A DNA stretch of 64,000 nucleotides, from contig JAJTYJ010000001.1 of the NCBI GenBank assembly GCA_021463485.1, forward strand, positions 65,378 to 129,377. The letters are read 5' to 3'. The position numbers were made by a program, and so were the translations under genes. Positions 37,696 to 46,995 of this stretch are shown here, in pieces. Every line of letters starts with the position of its first letter. Position 1 is the stretch's first letter. Under the pieces are notes generated by a model that ran no database searches, was not told the DNA's origin, and saw nothing but the letters and a program-made list of their open reading frames with translations. This stretch comes from a bacterium (GTDB lineage: Bacteria; Patescibacteriota; UBA1384; 2-12-FULL-50-11).

Positions 37696-38346
37696 TCAAT
37701 CTTTCTTGAACTCTTCCTCGGCTTTTAAGAATTGAGTCGCGACTGAGCCGACTACTGTTCCGATCGTACCGATTCCGATAATCATCAGCATCATGGCAAC
37801 GATCCGTCCGGCTGTAGTGACCGGGTATATATCGCCATATCCGATAGTAGTGACCGTTACCATCGCCCACCAAAAGCTATCGAAAAGATTGTGAATATTT
37901 TGATTAACACCGAATTCGTAACTGTGAAAAGCAACTGCTCCCATGAAAACGAGCGTAAAGACGGTCAGAATAATCGAAAGTAACTGGAACTTCGGACCGT
38001 CTAAATAAAAATCAGCCACCCTGCGCATTCTAGCCATCAAGCGAATAATTCGTAAGACCCTTAACAATCTAAGGCTTCGTAGAACCTGCGTCGTTGTGTT
38101 TGTAATTGGTATGGAGGCCAGGAGTTCGTACCAGCGTTTACGGAAAAATAAAGCCTTGTTTTTAGCCTTCACAAAGCCATAAATAAAGTCGGCCAGAAAA
38201 ATTAGCGCAATTCCTAAATCCAGCCTGCTGATTAACGTGCTCGTCGATGCAGTTACGTCATGATTTATTTCGAAAACCAACAGTCCCGTTGAAAGGATTG
38301 CCAGGATTACTAACCCAAAATCCAAGAAGATCTCGCTCTTTTTCAT
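37696..38346 (-). CDS. Voltage-gated-type potassium channel
   Basis: S4-like RSLRLLRVLRIIRL; pore TVTTIGYGD. Confidence 0.9.
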   Translation of the reverse strand: MKKSEIFLDFGLVILAILSTGLLVFEINHDVTASTSTLISRLDLGIALIFLADFIYGFVKAKNKALFFRKRWYELLASIPITNTTTQVLRSLRLLRVLRIIRLMARMRRVADFYLDGPKFQLLSIILTVFTLVFMGAVAFHSYEFGVNQNIHNLFDSFWWAMVTVTTIGYGDIYPVTTAGRIVAMMLMIIGIGTIGTVVGSVATQFLKAEEEFKKD

Positions 38347-39236
38347 TAAATTAGTTTATCAATGAGTGCTATTGCCCCATGTGCAGCGATGTTACCTGCG
38401 GCATTAATCAGTATCTCTCTTGTGGCTTTGAGTAGCTTCCCTATCTTTGAACTTTTTGGATCTGTCTTCACAGTCTTTTCTAGCTCCTGAAGATTCGAGT
38501 CTAGTTCACGCTTTTTATTTTCCGGGAGCTCTATATCGGGCGCAAACTTTCTTATTTGTTCTACTAGGCCCAAGACCTTTTCCGCTGAAATATTGGCGAC
38601 GAATGTTGAGTTAGTGTTTGTAGCATTACCGATCGTGCCAGAAAAATTCTCAATATTATTAATTGTGTATTGTACTTGCGGGGAGCTAGCCTTCTCCTTA
38701 TCTTCTTCAGTAAAATCTAAGTCGTGGCCGACAATCCCCATGTCCTCAAGTTTTAAACTCCAGCTAAGCACAGCGTTCCTGACACCATCAATAATCCCTT
38801 TAAGCTCACTATGTTGTGTAAAGAAATTTATTTCCGTTTCAAAATCAATTGCTTTCGCGATTGTGTTTCGTGCTTCCGGTCCCAAAGGAAGGTAATACGA
38901 GCCATCAACCTTTCCCTCTTTTACTAAATTCTCAACTTCTCCAATCGGCTGAATTACACCCTTTTTTGATACGAGTTCATGGACCTTCTTGTCTTCAATT
39001 ATTATAGTCTGCCACCCTCGAACAGGATTAAGCGCCCTTAACTGCCCGGAAACTATTCGATAAGCCGGTAAATCTTTCTCGGTGGAATCGTAGCCATTTA
39101 ACTCACTCTCGATCCAGGCAAGCATATCATCAAGCTTCAGCTTACTGGCGATGACTTTTGCTTTGAGAAGTAAATTAGTTACCGAAACAGTTGGGGTTAG
39201 TACGTCTCGTTGTAATTCTTTTACTATTGCGCCCAT
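38346..39236 (-). CDS. AbiTii-domain protein
   Basis: N-terminal LLLKAKVIASKL...WIESELNGY...PAYR pattern characteristic of AbiTii. Confidence 0.75.
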   Translation of the reverse strand: MGAIVKELQRDVLTPTVSVTNLLLKAKVIASKLKLDDMLAWIESELNGYDSTEKDLPAYRIVSGQLRALNPVRGWQTIIIEDKKVHELVSKKGVIQPIGEVENLVKEGKVDGSYYLPLGPEARNTIAKAIDFETEINFFTQHSELKGIIDGVRNAVLSWSLKLEDMGIVGHDLDFTEEDKEKASSPQVQYTINNIENFSGTIGNATNTNSTFVANISAEKVLGLVEQIRKFAPDIELPENKKRELDSNLQELEKTVKTDPKSSKIGKLLKATREILINAAGNIAAHGAIALIDKLI

Positions 39237-39247
39237 TCGATCTCTTT

Positions 39248-40378
39248 TTAGCTCGAGAAAATATCGACGTACTTTTTGTAGATATACGTTCGATCATAGG
39301 TTTCGTTTTCATCTTTCGGCTGGAGAATACCAAGCGCAATGAAGCGATCAATAACTTTCTGCGCTCCTGCCCGAGTGTAGCCAGTCCAGTCCATAATGAT
39401 TTTGGTCGAAACGATTGGCTGCGCATAGAGTTTACGTAGTACCAAGACACCGCTTTCCGACTCGCGCTTAGCGAGTGCCTGAATTTTAAGCATATCGTCT
39501 TCGCGAAGTTTAGTAATTTCTTTAGAAATCCGAATGGATTCGTTGGCTGTTTCCATGACACCCTCAAGGAAAAAGTCGAGCCAGCTCCACACCTCTCCGT
39601 CATGGTAGCCGTTAAGCCTATTGTAATAGAGTTTTTGGTGTTTTTTGAAAAACGTCGACAAGAAAAGCACCGGCCGCTCAAGTAGGCCGTGATGGCAGAG
39701 TAGCATCGTAATCAGCAGGCGTCCTGTCCGACCATTACCGTCGAGGAATGGGTGGATAGTTTCAAACTGAGCGTGCATTAAGGCTGCATGAATGAGAGGT
39801 AGGGTTTGATTCTCAACATGAAGAAAAGTTTCGAATTCGCTGAGCGATCGCTCCATTTCCAAAATCGGTGGTGGGACAAAGAAAGCGTTGGCCGGAGAAG
39901 TCCCACCAATCCAGTTTTGAGTCTTACGAAACTCACCTGGATCAGCAAAGTGGGTAGCTCGCGCCCCGGTCATCAGCTCTTTGTGAATTTCTTTAATCAG
40001 CCGTAACGACATCGGAAAATTCTTTAGTCGTTCGGTTCCATACTCCAACGCTTTGATGTAGTACAAAATATCACCAGCGTCAGTCTCTTGAGTCGCCACA
40101 CCGCCTTCCTTCTCAATTGCATCAACAATGGTTGCCTTTGTTCCCTCAATCTGTGAAGAAGAAGTGGCATCCTTTAAGACAAACATTTTCAAGAAAAAGT
40201 CGACATCTGGCAAAGTGTGGGTGATGCCATCGAGTTTTCCTACCAAACGGCCAGCCTCCGCGGTTTTTATCTGAATTTCTGAGGGCAAATCAAAGATACC
40301 TTCCGGCGGAAAAGCATTCGGAACGAAAGCTTCGTAGCCTTGCGACTGAAGGATGTTCTTTCCAATTTCGATATTCAT
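39248..40378 (-). CDS. Fic family protein
   Basis: HPFLDGNGRTGR Fic motif; SSQIEGT inhibitory-type motif; C-terminal HTH. Confidence 0.92.
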   Translation of the reverse strand: MNIEIGKNILQSQGYEAFVPNAFPPEGIFDLPSEIQIKTAEAGRLVGKLDGITHTLPDVDFFLKMFVLKDATSSSQIEGTKATIVDAIEKEGGVATQETDAGDILYYIKALEYGTERLKNFPMSLRLIKEIHKELMTGARATHFADPGEFRKTQNWIGGTSPANAFFVPPPILEMERSLSEFETFLHVENQTLPLIHAALMHAQFETIHPFLDGNGRTGRLLITMLLCHHGLLERPVLFLSTFFKKHQKLYYNRLNGYHDGEVWSWLDFFLEGVMETANESIRISKEITKLREDDMLKIQALAKRESESGVLVLRKLYAQPIVSTKIIMDWTGYTRAGAQKVIDRFIALGILQPKDENETYDRTYIYKKYVDIFSS

Positions 40379-40497
40379 TTAGTTAGTTTGCATACCCTTA
40401 AGCTATATATACTATCTTAAGACTTAGTATACTTCTTGTCAAGCCATGCATACTAACTTTTTTGTCAATATAGTGCCGGCAATATGCAGAAATACTC

Positions 40498-41145
40498 CTA
40501 CGGAACGTAGTATAGAGAGCTTGAGCCTTTGGCAGTATTCAAATCTTCGAGCGAGAAAGCTATCTTTCCGATTTTTCCGTTGGCTTCGGTAATAACCTGA
40601 ATCATTTTAAACGGTTTGATCTCGTCGATATTCTGCCAATACGTCACCGTTCGGCCTTGGATTCCGGGGTTTCCTTCGGGTGTTGCCTTGGGCTTACTGA
40701 ATCCGGTAATTGCCCAGGCGGTAGTCTCGTCAAGCGGGTTAGCCGAAAAAGAATACCCGGCGTAGATCGGCTTGTTATTGGCAACGCTGAAATCAACTTG
40801 AACATTCGCCTGATTCAAATCAAAGCCGGTAATTTTTACTTTCTTGGACGGCGTTAAACTTCCTTGGCTAAAGTCTTTAGCAATAGCCGCGTAATCCGCT
40901 CTGATCTGCGTTTCGGTTTTGCCGAACAGCTCAACAGCCGAAACCGTTTGAACGCTCTGTGGAGTCGGAGCGGTTTGATTAACTGCGGCAGTAGAAAAAT
41001 CCTCAGTCGGAGCTTGAGTATCGCCACCGGCAAACAAGCCGATCAATATAAAGAACCCGACAATAGCGAGAGCAGTAAATAATATTTTCTTGCCTTTCGA
41101 CATCAGCGCTTTATTTGTGTTTATCAATATAGGTCCTCTAGCCAT
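40498..41145 (-). CDS. Membrane-anchored hypothetical protein
   Basis: N-terminal TM, Pro/Thr linker; TATAAT 6 nt before the ATG. Confidence 0.7.
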   Translation of the reverse strand: MARGPILINTNKALMSKGKKILFTALAIVGFFILIGLFAGGDTQAPTEDFSTAAVNQTAPTPQSVQTVSAVELFGKTETQIRADYAAIAKDFSQGSLTPSKKVKITGFDLNQANVQVDFSVANNKPIYAGYSFSANPLDETTAWAITGFSKPKATPEGNPGIQGRTVTYWQNIDEIKPFKMIQVITEANGKIGKIAFSLEDLNTAKGSSSLYYVP

Positions 41146-41280
41146 ACCTTAATTATACAGATTAATGTCTCGTCGCGATTTTTTGAACTCCTTCCAAGTT
41201 TATCTATTGGAGCACTAGGCGTCGTGACCTAACTGATTTACTTACTAGGCGTTTTCCCTGTTTTTAGATAACCTGAATAT

Positions 41281-43548
41281 ATGGAGCGGCTTGAATCCTC
41301 ACATTTTGGCGACCCTATTACTGCCGAGCTCTCGGAAGCACAACCGCTGGAACTGCCTGAAGAAGCGTTCGCTGAAACCGCGGTAGCCCAGCCGGAACAG
41401 CAACCCGAGCTGCCGACGGAACACCAATCCCCCGAACAAGCCTACCAAATGCTCCGCCGGGGCGGCGGTGACAAGGAAATTCTGGCTCGTTTCGAGCCGG
41501 ACCAGCAGAAGGATATCGAAGATAAGCAGAAAATTCTTTCATCGCTTGCCTATTTTATCGGCAAAGACTTCAAAATCCCGGTCAAACTGAACGAACCCGG
41601 CGCCGGATGGCACTGGGATTTCAAAGACAACATTATCAGGGTCGATCCGAAAGACCTGCTGGAAAAACCCATGGATTACCTGCGTTTCGTCATCTCGCAC
41701 GAAGGCGGCCATCGACGGATTTCCCGAACCGAGTTCATTCCGATGGACGTTTGGGCTCAACCAGGCTTCTCGATCATGATGAACTCGATCGAAGATCCGC
41801 GAATCAACAACTTCGTCGCCGAAAACTATCCGAAGTTCCGCGAGCAAATGCAGATGGCTTACCAGATGGAACTTGATCTCGAGAAAACAATGAAGGAGAA
41901 AGCGACCGAAGAACTCGGCCACCAACCGCGCTTCATTCAGGCAAGTTTTGAATACATCAAGCAGTGGCTGAAAGAGCAGAACGGGGGCTTCGGTGAAGTC
42001 AGCGAAGATCTGCCGGACGAGGTGAAAGAAGTCATCGCCAAAACGTTGCCTTCGGCTCAAGATTCCTGGTGGCGTTACCCCTCACGAAAAGAAGCCGACA
42101 GCAGCGAGAAAACTATCAGCAAGTACGCCCAAACGTCGTACGAGATAAATCGCGACGAAGTTTGGCCGGAATTCAAAAAACTCGTCGATCAGGACATTGA
42201 AGACGAGAAAATGGAACAGAAGATGCGGGACATGCAAAAGCAATCCGGCGAAGGCGGCGAGGGTGGAGAGCCCGGAGAAGGACAGCCGGACTTGCCGCAG
42301 GAACTCAAAGATCGGATGACGCCGGAGCAGCAACAGGAACTCCGAGACGCGCTTCAGCAAGCGATGGACAAAGCCCGCGAGCAGCAAGAGCAGCAACGGA
42401 GCCAGCAAACTGAAGGTGGAGCCCAAGAGAACGAACAGCAGGAACAAACGACTGCACCCGTCGATTTGGATTCGCTCAGCGAAGAAACCAAGCAAGCCGT
42501 TCGCGATTACATCGAAAGTCTGCCCGAAGAAGTCAAAGAAGAATTGGCCGAACGGGCTCGTCAGGCGCTTAAAGAATTCGAAGAAGCGGTCAACGAGGAA
42601 CTTCGCGGCAAACTAGTGCAAGAACCCGGCGAAGAAACCAAAGATAAAGCCAGAGGCGAGACACGGCGTTCCGACCGAACCGGTCGGGATGTTCCACCGG
42701 AGTACAAAGAGGAAATCGAAAGATATAAGGAATTGGTCGAGGGAACGCTCGAAAAAGACGCCAATGTTTACGAAGAAAAGCGCCGGGAAGTGTTGGAGAC
42801 GATCAACAAACTCGAAGATGACCTGCGGGCGATTTTCGTCGAGCGTCGGGCTCACATGTGGGAGGGCGGTCATCGCTCCGGCAAGCACATCGACATCAAA
42901 CGAAGAATCCAGGAAAAAGCCAAAGACATACCGGCCATGGAAAGCCGAGCTTGGGAACGTAGAGAAATGCCGCAAGAAAAAGATTACGCTTTTAGCCTGC
43001 TGGTCGACCTGTCCGGCTCAATGACGAGCGGCAACAAAATCGGCGAAACCTTCAAGGGCGCGATCGTTTTGTCGGAAGTGCTCAATCGCCTTTCGATCGA
43101 CAACGAGATTCTCGGCTTCAACGACCGTCTTCATGTTTTGAAGAGCTACGAAGAAGCGATGTCCGACGAAATCCGCGAGCGGATGGGCGGCATGCTCTCC
43201 GAAGTCAACTCGCCTCGAGCCCGCTACAACGACGACGGTTGGGCGCTCGAACAAGCTTCCGAGCGACTGGCCAAACAAAAAGCGGCGGAAAAGTTCTTGA
43301 TCCCGATGTCCGACGGTCAGCCGGAAGAGTCGCCGCAACACTCGAAAAAAGAGTGGGATCTGGAAAACGTCGTCGCCAAGATTCAAGAAGAGACCGATCA
43401 GAAGCTAATCGCTCTCGGTATTGGTCGCGGAACCGAACACGTCGCCCATTACTACCCCAACAGCCTGGCGAACGTCGACGTTAACGAAATGGCTGACAAA
43501 TTAGCCGACTTACTCAGGGAAGCGATTGAAAGATATGACCAGTTCTGA
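41281..43548 (+). CDS. HExxH metallopeptidase-like + vWA (MIDAS) domain protein
   Basis: ISHEGGH...NSIEDPRI; acidic Q/E linker; LVDLSGSM MIDAS; MSDGQP. Confidence 0.8.
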   Translation: MERLESSHFGDPITAELSEAQPLELPEEAFAETAVAQPEQQPELPTEHQSPEQAYQMLRRGGGDKEILARFEPDQQKDIEDKQKILSSLAYFIGKDFKIPVKLNEPGAGWHWDFKDNIIRVDPKDLLEKPMDYLRFVISHEGGHRRISRTEFIPMDVWAQPGFSIMMNSIEDPRINNFVAENYPKFREQMQMAYQMELDLEKTMKEKATEELGHQPRFIQASFEYIKQWLKEQNGGFGEVSEDLPDEVKEVIAKTLPSAQDSWWRYPSRKEADSSEKTISKYAQTSYEINRDEVWPEFKKLVDQDIEDEKMEQKMRDMQKQSGEGGEGGEPGEGQPDLPQELKDRMTPEQQQELRDALQQAMDKAREQQEQQRSQQTEGGAQENEQQEQTTAPVDLDSLSEETKQAVRDYIESLPEEVKEELAERARQALKEFEEAVNEELRGKLVQEPGEETKDKARGETRRSDRTGRDVPPEYKEEIERYKELVEGTLEKDANVYEEKRREVLETINKLEDDLRAIFVERRAHMWEGGHRSGKHIDIKRRIQEKAKDIPAMESRAWERREMPQEKDYAFSLLVDLSGSMTSGNKIGETFKGAIVLSEVLNRLSIDNEILGFNDRLHVLKSYEEAMSDEIRERMGGMLSEVNSPRARYNDDGWALEQASERLAKQKAAEKFLIPMSDGQPEESPQHSKKEWDLENVVAKIQEETDQKLIALGIGRGTEHVAHYYPNSLANVDVNEMADKLADLLREAIERYDQF

Positions 43549-43990
43549 CTTAATTAAAGATATGGCAATTGATGAGCAATCCTTTAACGAATTCATTGAG
43601 ATCTCCGGTTTTTCCAAGGAAGTGCCGCTGATCATTGCCGAAGACGAAGACGAGCTTCATCAATATCGCGCCCAGCTGCAAAAGGCCGGTTATGAAGAAC
43701 AAGAATCGGTTTATCACCTCGTTCAGGCTTCCCACAAAGGTTCGAAGAATTACCTGGTACTCGACGGTCACCATCCGTTCACTTTAAAGCAGGCCTACGA
43801 CTTCGTTGTTCAGTACCCGACCGGCCAAATTGAAGTTTCCGACCAGGTGACGATGCAGAAAGCGATTTTCTCGCCCAATTATAAAGAAAACCGAACCGTT
43901 CTGTTGGTAACCAAGCGAGAGCTGGCCGAAATCCAGAAAACCGGTTTAACGTTCTTGTCCCGAGTCGGGGCAACCTATCAACATGCCTGA
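43526..43990 (+). CDS. Hypothetical protein (middle gene of the vWA-AAA operon)
   Basis: Overlaps both neighbours; same strand. Confidence 0.75.
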   Translation: MKDMTSSDLIKDMAIDEQSFNEFIEISGFSKEVPLIIAEDEDELHQYRAQLQKAGYEEQESVYHLVQASHKGSKNYLVLDGHHPFTLKQAYDFVVQYPTGQIEVSDQVTMQKAIFSPNYKENRTVLLVTKRELAEIQKTGLTFLSRVGATYQHA

Positions 43991-46082
43991 ACCAGGATCA
44001 CCGGAACACCAGCCAGACATGGAGGCGGAGGCGCAAGCCGAAGTCGTCGCTCCCGACGTTGAAACCGAACAACCGGCCGGCCCGATCGCCGAAACGGAGA
44101 ACAGCGTTTCCTATCTCGGCGTGGAGCTGAAAAAAGCCGAAGCGGAAAAGAGCCAATTCGTGCCGGATCGAGAACACTATAAAGATTACATTAACGACCA
44201 ATTCTCGCTCGAGCTTCAGCAGAAGCTGGCCGTCAGTTTTCTCCAAGGCGAGCCGATGCTCTTGGAAGGCGGCACCAGTATCGGTAAGACGACGACCGTT
44301 CGAAAGATGGCTTCCGAACTCAATTGGGAAGTCCACTACGTCAACTTAAACGGCGCCAGCGACGTTGAAGACTTGATGGGCCGTTACATCCCCAACCCTC
44401 ACCGCCAGATGATCGGGGATCCCGAATACATCTTCGCCGACGGCAAAGTCACGTCCGGCTTGCGCCTGGAAGAGGGCAAGCAGAAAGTCGTCATTCTTGA
44501 TGAGCTGAACGCCGCCCCGCCGAACATTTTAATTCGTCTCCACGAAGTACTCGACGCCTTGGAGCGGGGCACTGAAGTGGTCTTGTCGGAAGACGCGTCC
44601 GAGGCCGTCAGGGTTAATCGCGAGCAGACCAAAGTCGTCGGACTGATGAACCCGCCGGGCAAAGGTTATTTTGCTCGTGAACCGCTCGACCCGGCTCAGC
44701 TTCGTCGCTGGAACTATCAGAAAGAGGCCTCGACACTGCCTGACGAGACGTTCGCGCACGCTACCGACGTTCTCTTCGGCTTGGCTACGGAAATGGATCC
44801 TAACGCCGTACCGCAAGAATCCTATTTAACGACTCGCGATCAGCGGCTAATGCCCGAGCAGTTGGCCGAGATCCCCGGCATTCAAGAAGTGCTCGGCAAA
44901 TACAAAGAATTTCATAAAGCGGCCAAAGAAATGGTCAATAATCGCACGGTTGCCGCCGATCAGCCGCAGCGCTTTACCTACGACGATCGCATGGAGCCGA
45001 GAAGGGTCAAAGAATTCGTTCAACAGTTCTACAACGGCGACATTAATGAAACTTTCCAAAAAGCTCTTCAGTATTACTACTCGAATAAAGTTGAGAGCAA
45101 ACAAGATAAACAAAAACTCGACGAGCTGATCAAACACGTCGCCTACGTACCGCAAGAGGCGACGCAACGTCGCGGTGCCGAACGTGAAGCGCCCGACGGT
45201 GCGGCAGCAACCGCCGCGCCGGACACCCGTATTCCGGAAACAATTACGCCGCTCTCTGGAGAGCTGCTTGAACAAGTCACGGAGGCGCAGAGAATTCTCG
45301 GTGCCGAAAACGTTGTCTCGCCGGACAAAGTTCGGGAAATCCTGGGCCTTAAGATTGATCTTGAGAAAGTTCCGGCCATTCCGTTCTCCAAAGAAGAACT
45401 CGAGCGAGCCAAGGAACTCGGCCAGTTTCTCGTTTATCGCCACGACAGAGATGATCGTGCACGCCACTTGACGATGGAACGACTTCAGGAACTCCTGCAA
45501 CCGAAGTTCGATAAAGAAGACGACGGCAAAGTTCTCTACGATACCAGTTGGTACAAGAACGAAGACTTCTTCACGAAAGAAGCGATGCGTTCAGGCTGGG
45601 CGTTGACCAGCCGAGAAGTCATTCCGGATTCGACCAGCAAGAACTATCTCCAGCAGACTGGTGAAATAGCGACCTATCTCGGCACGAAAGTCATGAAAGA
45701 AATCGCCGATCCGAAATTACGCGCTGAATACGGCGAAGCGATCAAAGAATACGAAGTTAAACGAGTAGCAATTGAGAAAATTATTGACTCAGACTGGAAA
45801 GAAGCCGCCAAACAATTGGAAGAACTGAAGCTTAATAAGCTCTTCCGCCAAACGCTGGTCGAAGCGATGTACGATACCGCCATGTACCTCGAGAACCGAC
45901 CGAAAAGCGAACGAGACGACGCTCGTTTGTTGGAAGACATGTACGGCTGGACCAATCGGCGTTCGTCCGATGGCCACCTGGTGTATGCCGGTGCATTCCA
46001 CGCCTACGGCCTGCACGTGGACGACGATCGCCCGGGCCGCGCGCCTTCCGATGTCGGTGTCGTCCTCTCCCGCAATCGCTAG
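43983..46082 (+). CDS. DGR target: MoxR/AAA_5-type ATPase with a C-terminal variable (CLec-like) domain
   Basis: EGGTSIGKT Walker A; ILDELN Walker B; MNPPG; LDPAQLRRW; 3' end matches the TR. Confidence 0.88.
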   Translation: MPEPGSPEHQPDMEAEAQAEVVAPDVETEQPAGPIAETENSVSYLGVELKKAEAEKSQFVPDREHYKDYINDQFSLELQQKLAVSFLQGEPMLLEGGTSIGKTTTVRKMASELNWEVHYVNLNGASDVEDLMGRYIPNPHRQMIGDPEYIFADGKVTSGLRLEEGKQKVVILDELNAAPPNILIRLHEVLDALERGTEVVLSEDASEAVRVNREQTKVVGLMNPPGKGYFAREPLDPAQLRRWNYQKEASTLPDETFAHATDVLFGLATEMDPNAVPQESYLTTRDQRLMPEQLAEIPGIQEVLGKYKEFHKAAKEMVNNRTVAADQPQRFTYDDRMEPRRVKEFVQQFYNGDINETFQKALQYYYSNKVESKQDKQKLDELIKHVAYVPQEATQRRGAEREAPDGAAATAAPDTRIPETITPLSGELLEQVTEAQRILGAENVVSPDKVREILGLKIDLEKVPAIPFSKEELERAKELGQFLVYRHDRDDRARHLTMERLQELLQPKFDKEDDGKVLYDTSWYKNEDFFTKEAMRSGWALTSREVIPDSTSKNYLQQTGEIATYLGTKVMKEIADPKLRAEYGEAIKEYEVKRVAIEKIIDSDWKEAAKQLEELKLNKLFRQTLVEAMYDTAMYLENRPKSERDDARLLEDMYGWTNRRSSDGHLVYAGAFHAYGLHVDDDRPGRAPSDVGVVLSRNR
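45959..46077 (+). repeat. DGR variable region (VR)
   Basis: 119-nt gapless match to 46376-46494; 18 mismatches, 17 of them opposite TR adenines. Confidence 0.95.
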
Positions 46083-46121
46083 TCTCGGACCTTGGCTCTT
46101 GGGCCCTTGGATTTATCGGCC

Positions 46122-46136
46122 GCCGGCGAAGCCGGC
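46122..46136 (+). other. DGR homing hairpin downstream of the VR
   Basis: GCCGGC-GAA-GCCGGC about 40 nt after the target stop; absent after the TR. Confidence 0.75.
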
Positions 46137-46375
46137 TCGCGCGAATTTTTGTAAATCAGCCCTCCCCCTCTTTAATTCCTTTGTAACATATGCTAAAATT
46201 CACCTGCCAATGAGGCTGCGTTCACGGACTCAGCCCGGCCGAATAGTAAGAAGATTGCTTGCGTTTTACTGGCGCGGGTGGCAAAACTTTTGCCTGCCGC
46301 CGCATTGTTATACGGGCACGGTCTCTATTTCTTAGTGCATCGGTGCCGCTGACTGAATTGGGAAAACGCAAAGGA

Positions 46376-46494
46376 GCGTTCGTCCAATGGCAACCTGGTG
46401 TATGCCGGTGAATTCAACGCCAACGGCCTGAACGTGGACAACGATAACCCGGACAACACGAATTCCGATATCGGTGTCGTCTTCTCCCGAAATC
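46376..46494 (+). ncRNA. DGR template region (TR)
   Basis: AAC/AAT-rich copy of the VR (10 AAY codons in the VR frame); extended -10 TGCTAAAAT at 46191-46199 upstream. Confidence 0.93.
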
Positions 46495-46553
46495 TCACGC
46501 TATTCACAAAGCTTAGTCTCAGCTCACCGGCTGAGATTTCGCTTAACGTTCGG

Positions 46554-46934
46554 TTAATTATTAGCGTTTAAGCTCTGAACGGATTTAATCCAACCGCCGA
46601 GCATTCGACCGATTTCCTGCAAAATTTCTTGTAAGTGGATATAAGCTTTCCGGTCGACAGCGCGAAGATCGTAAGCCAACCGAATGAAGACCTTAACCGT
46701 TTCGAGCTGAAGACTGGCGTTCTTGAGGTGATTCTCTTTGTCGCTGCCGGAAGTTTCACAAGCGGCGAGCAGGCATTTGAGTAGGTCCAGAGTTTCGTCC
46801 TGAAGGGTTTGGCCGGTCGCATAGCGTTCAATCTTGGGAAAACGCTGAACTTGTAGGTGCAGAAGTCTGTAAAAATCATAAGTTTTCTGGGTAATCGGCA
46901 CGCCGCCCAGCAATTGTTGAGAAAGAATTTCCAT
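46554..46934 (-). CDS. avd: DGR accessory variability determinant (Avd, four-helix bundle)
   Basis: QKTYDFY...FPKIERYATG...IRLAYDL...EIGRMLGGWIK; between TR and RT. Confidence 0.88.
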   Translation of the reverse strand: MEILSQQLLGGVPITQKTYDFYRLLHLQVQRFPKIERYATGQTLQDETLDLLKCLLAACETSGSDKENHLKNASLQLETVKVFIRLAYDLRAVDRKAYIHLQEILQEIGRMLGGWIKSVQSLNANN

Positions 46935-46995
46935 TAAGAAACTATTACTACACGAAGGAAGCTTTGACCAGGTTGTCTCAGTCGACAACCTCTTT

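Noticed and set aside
41318-46016. Many long antisense or alternate-frame ORFs over the vWA/AAA genes (also over glpX and ftsH)
   Set aside because: Shadow ORFs from codon bias of the real genes; no motifs or start signals.
45970-46507. 121-aa and 60-aa ORFs across VR/TR
   Set aside because: Out-of-frame or antisense readings of the VR and the non-coding TR region.
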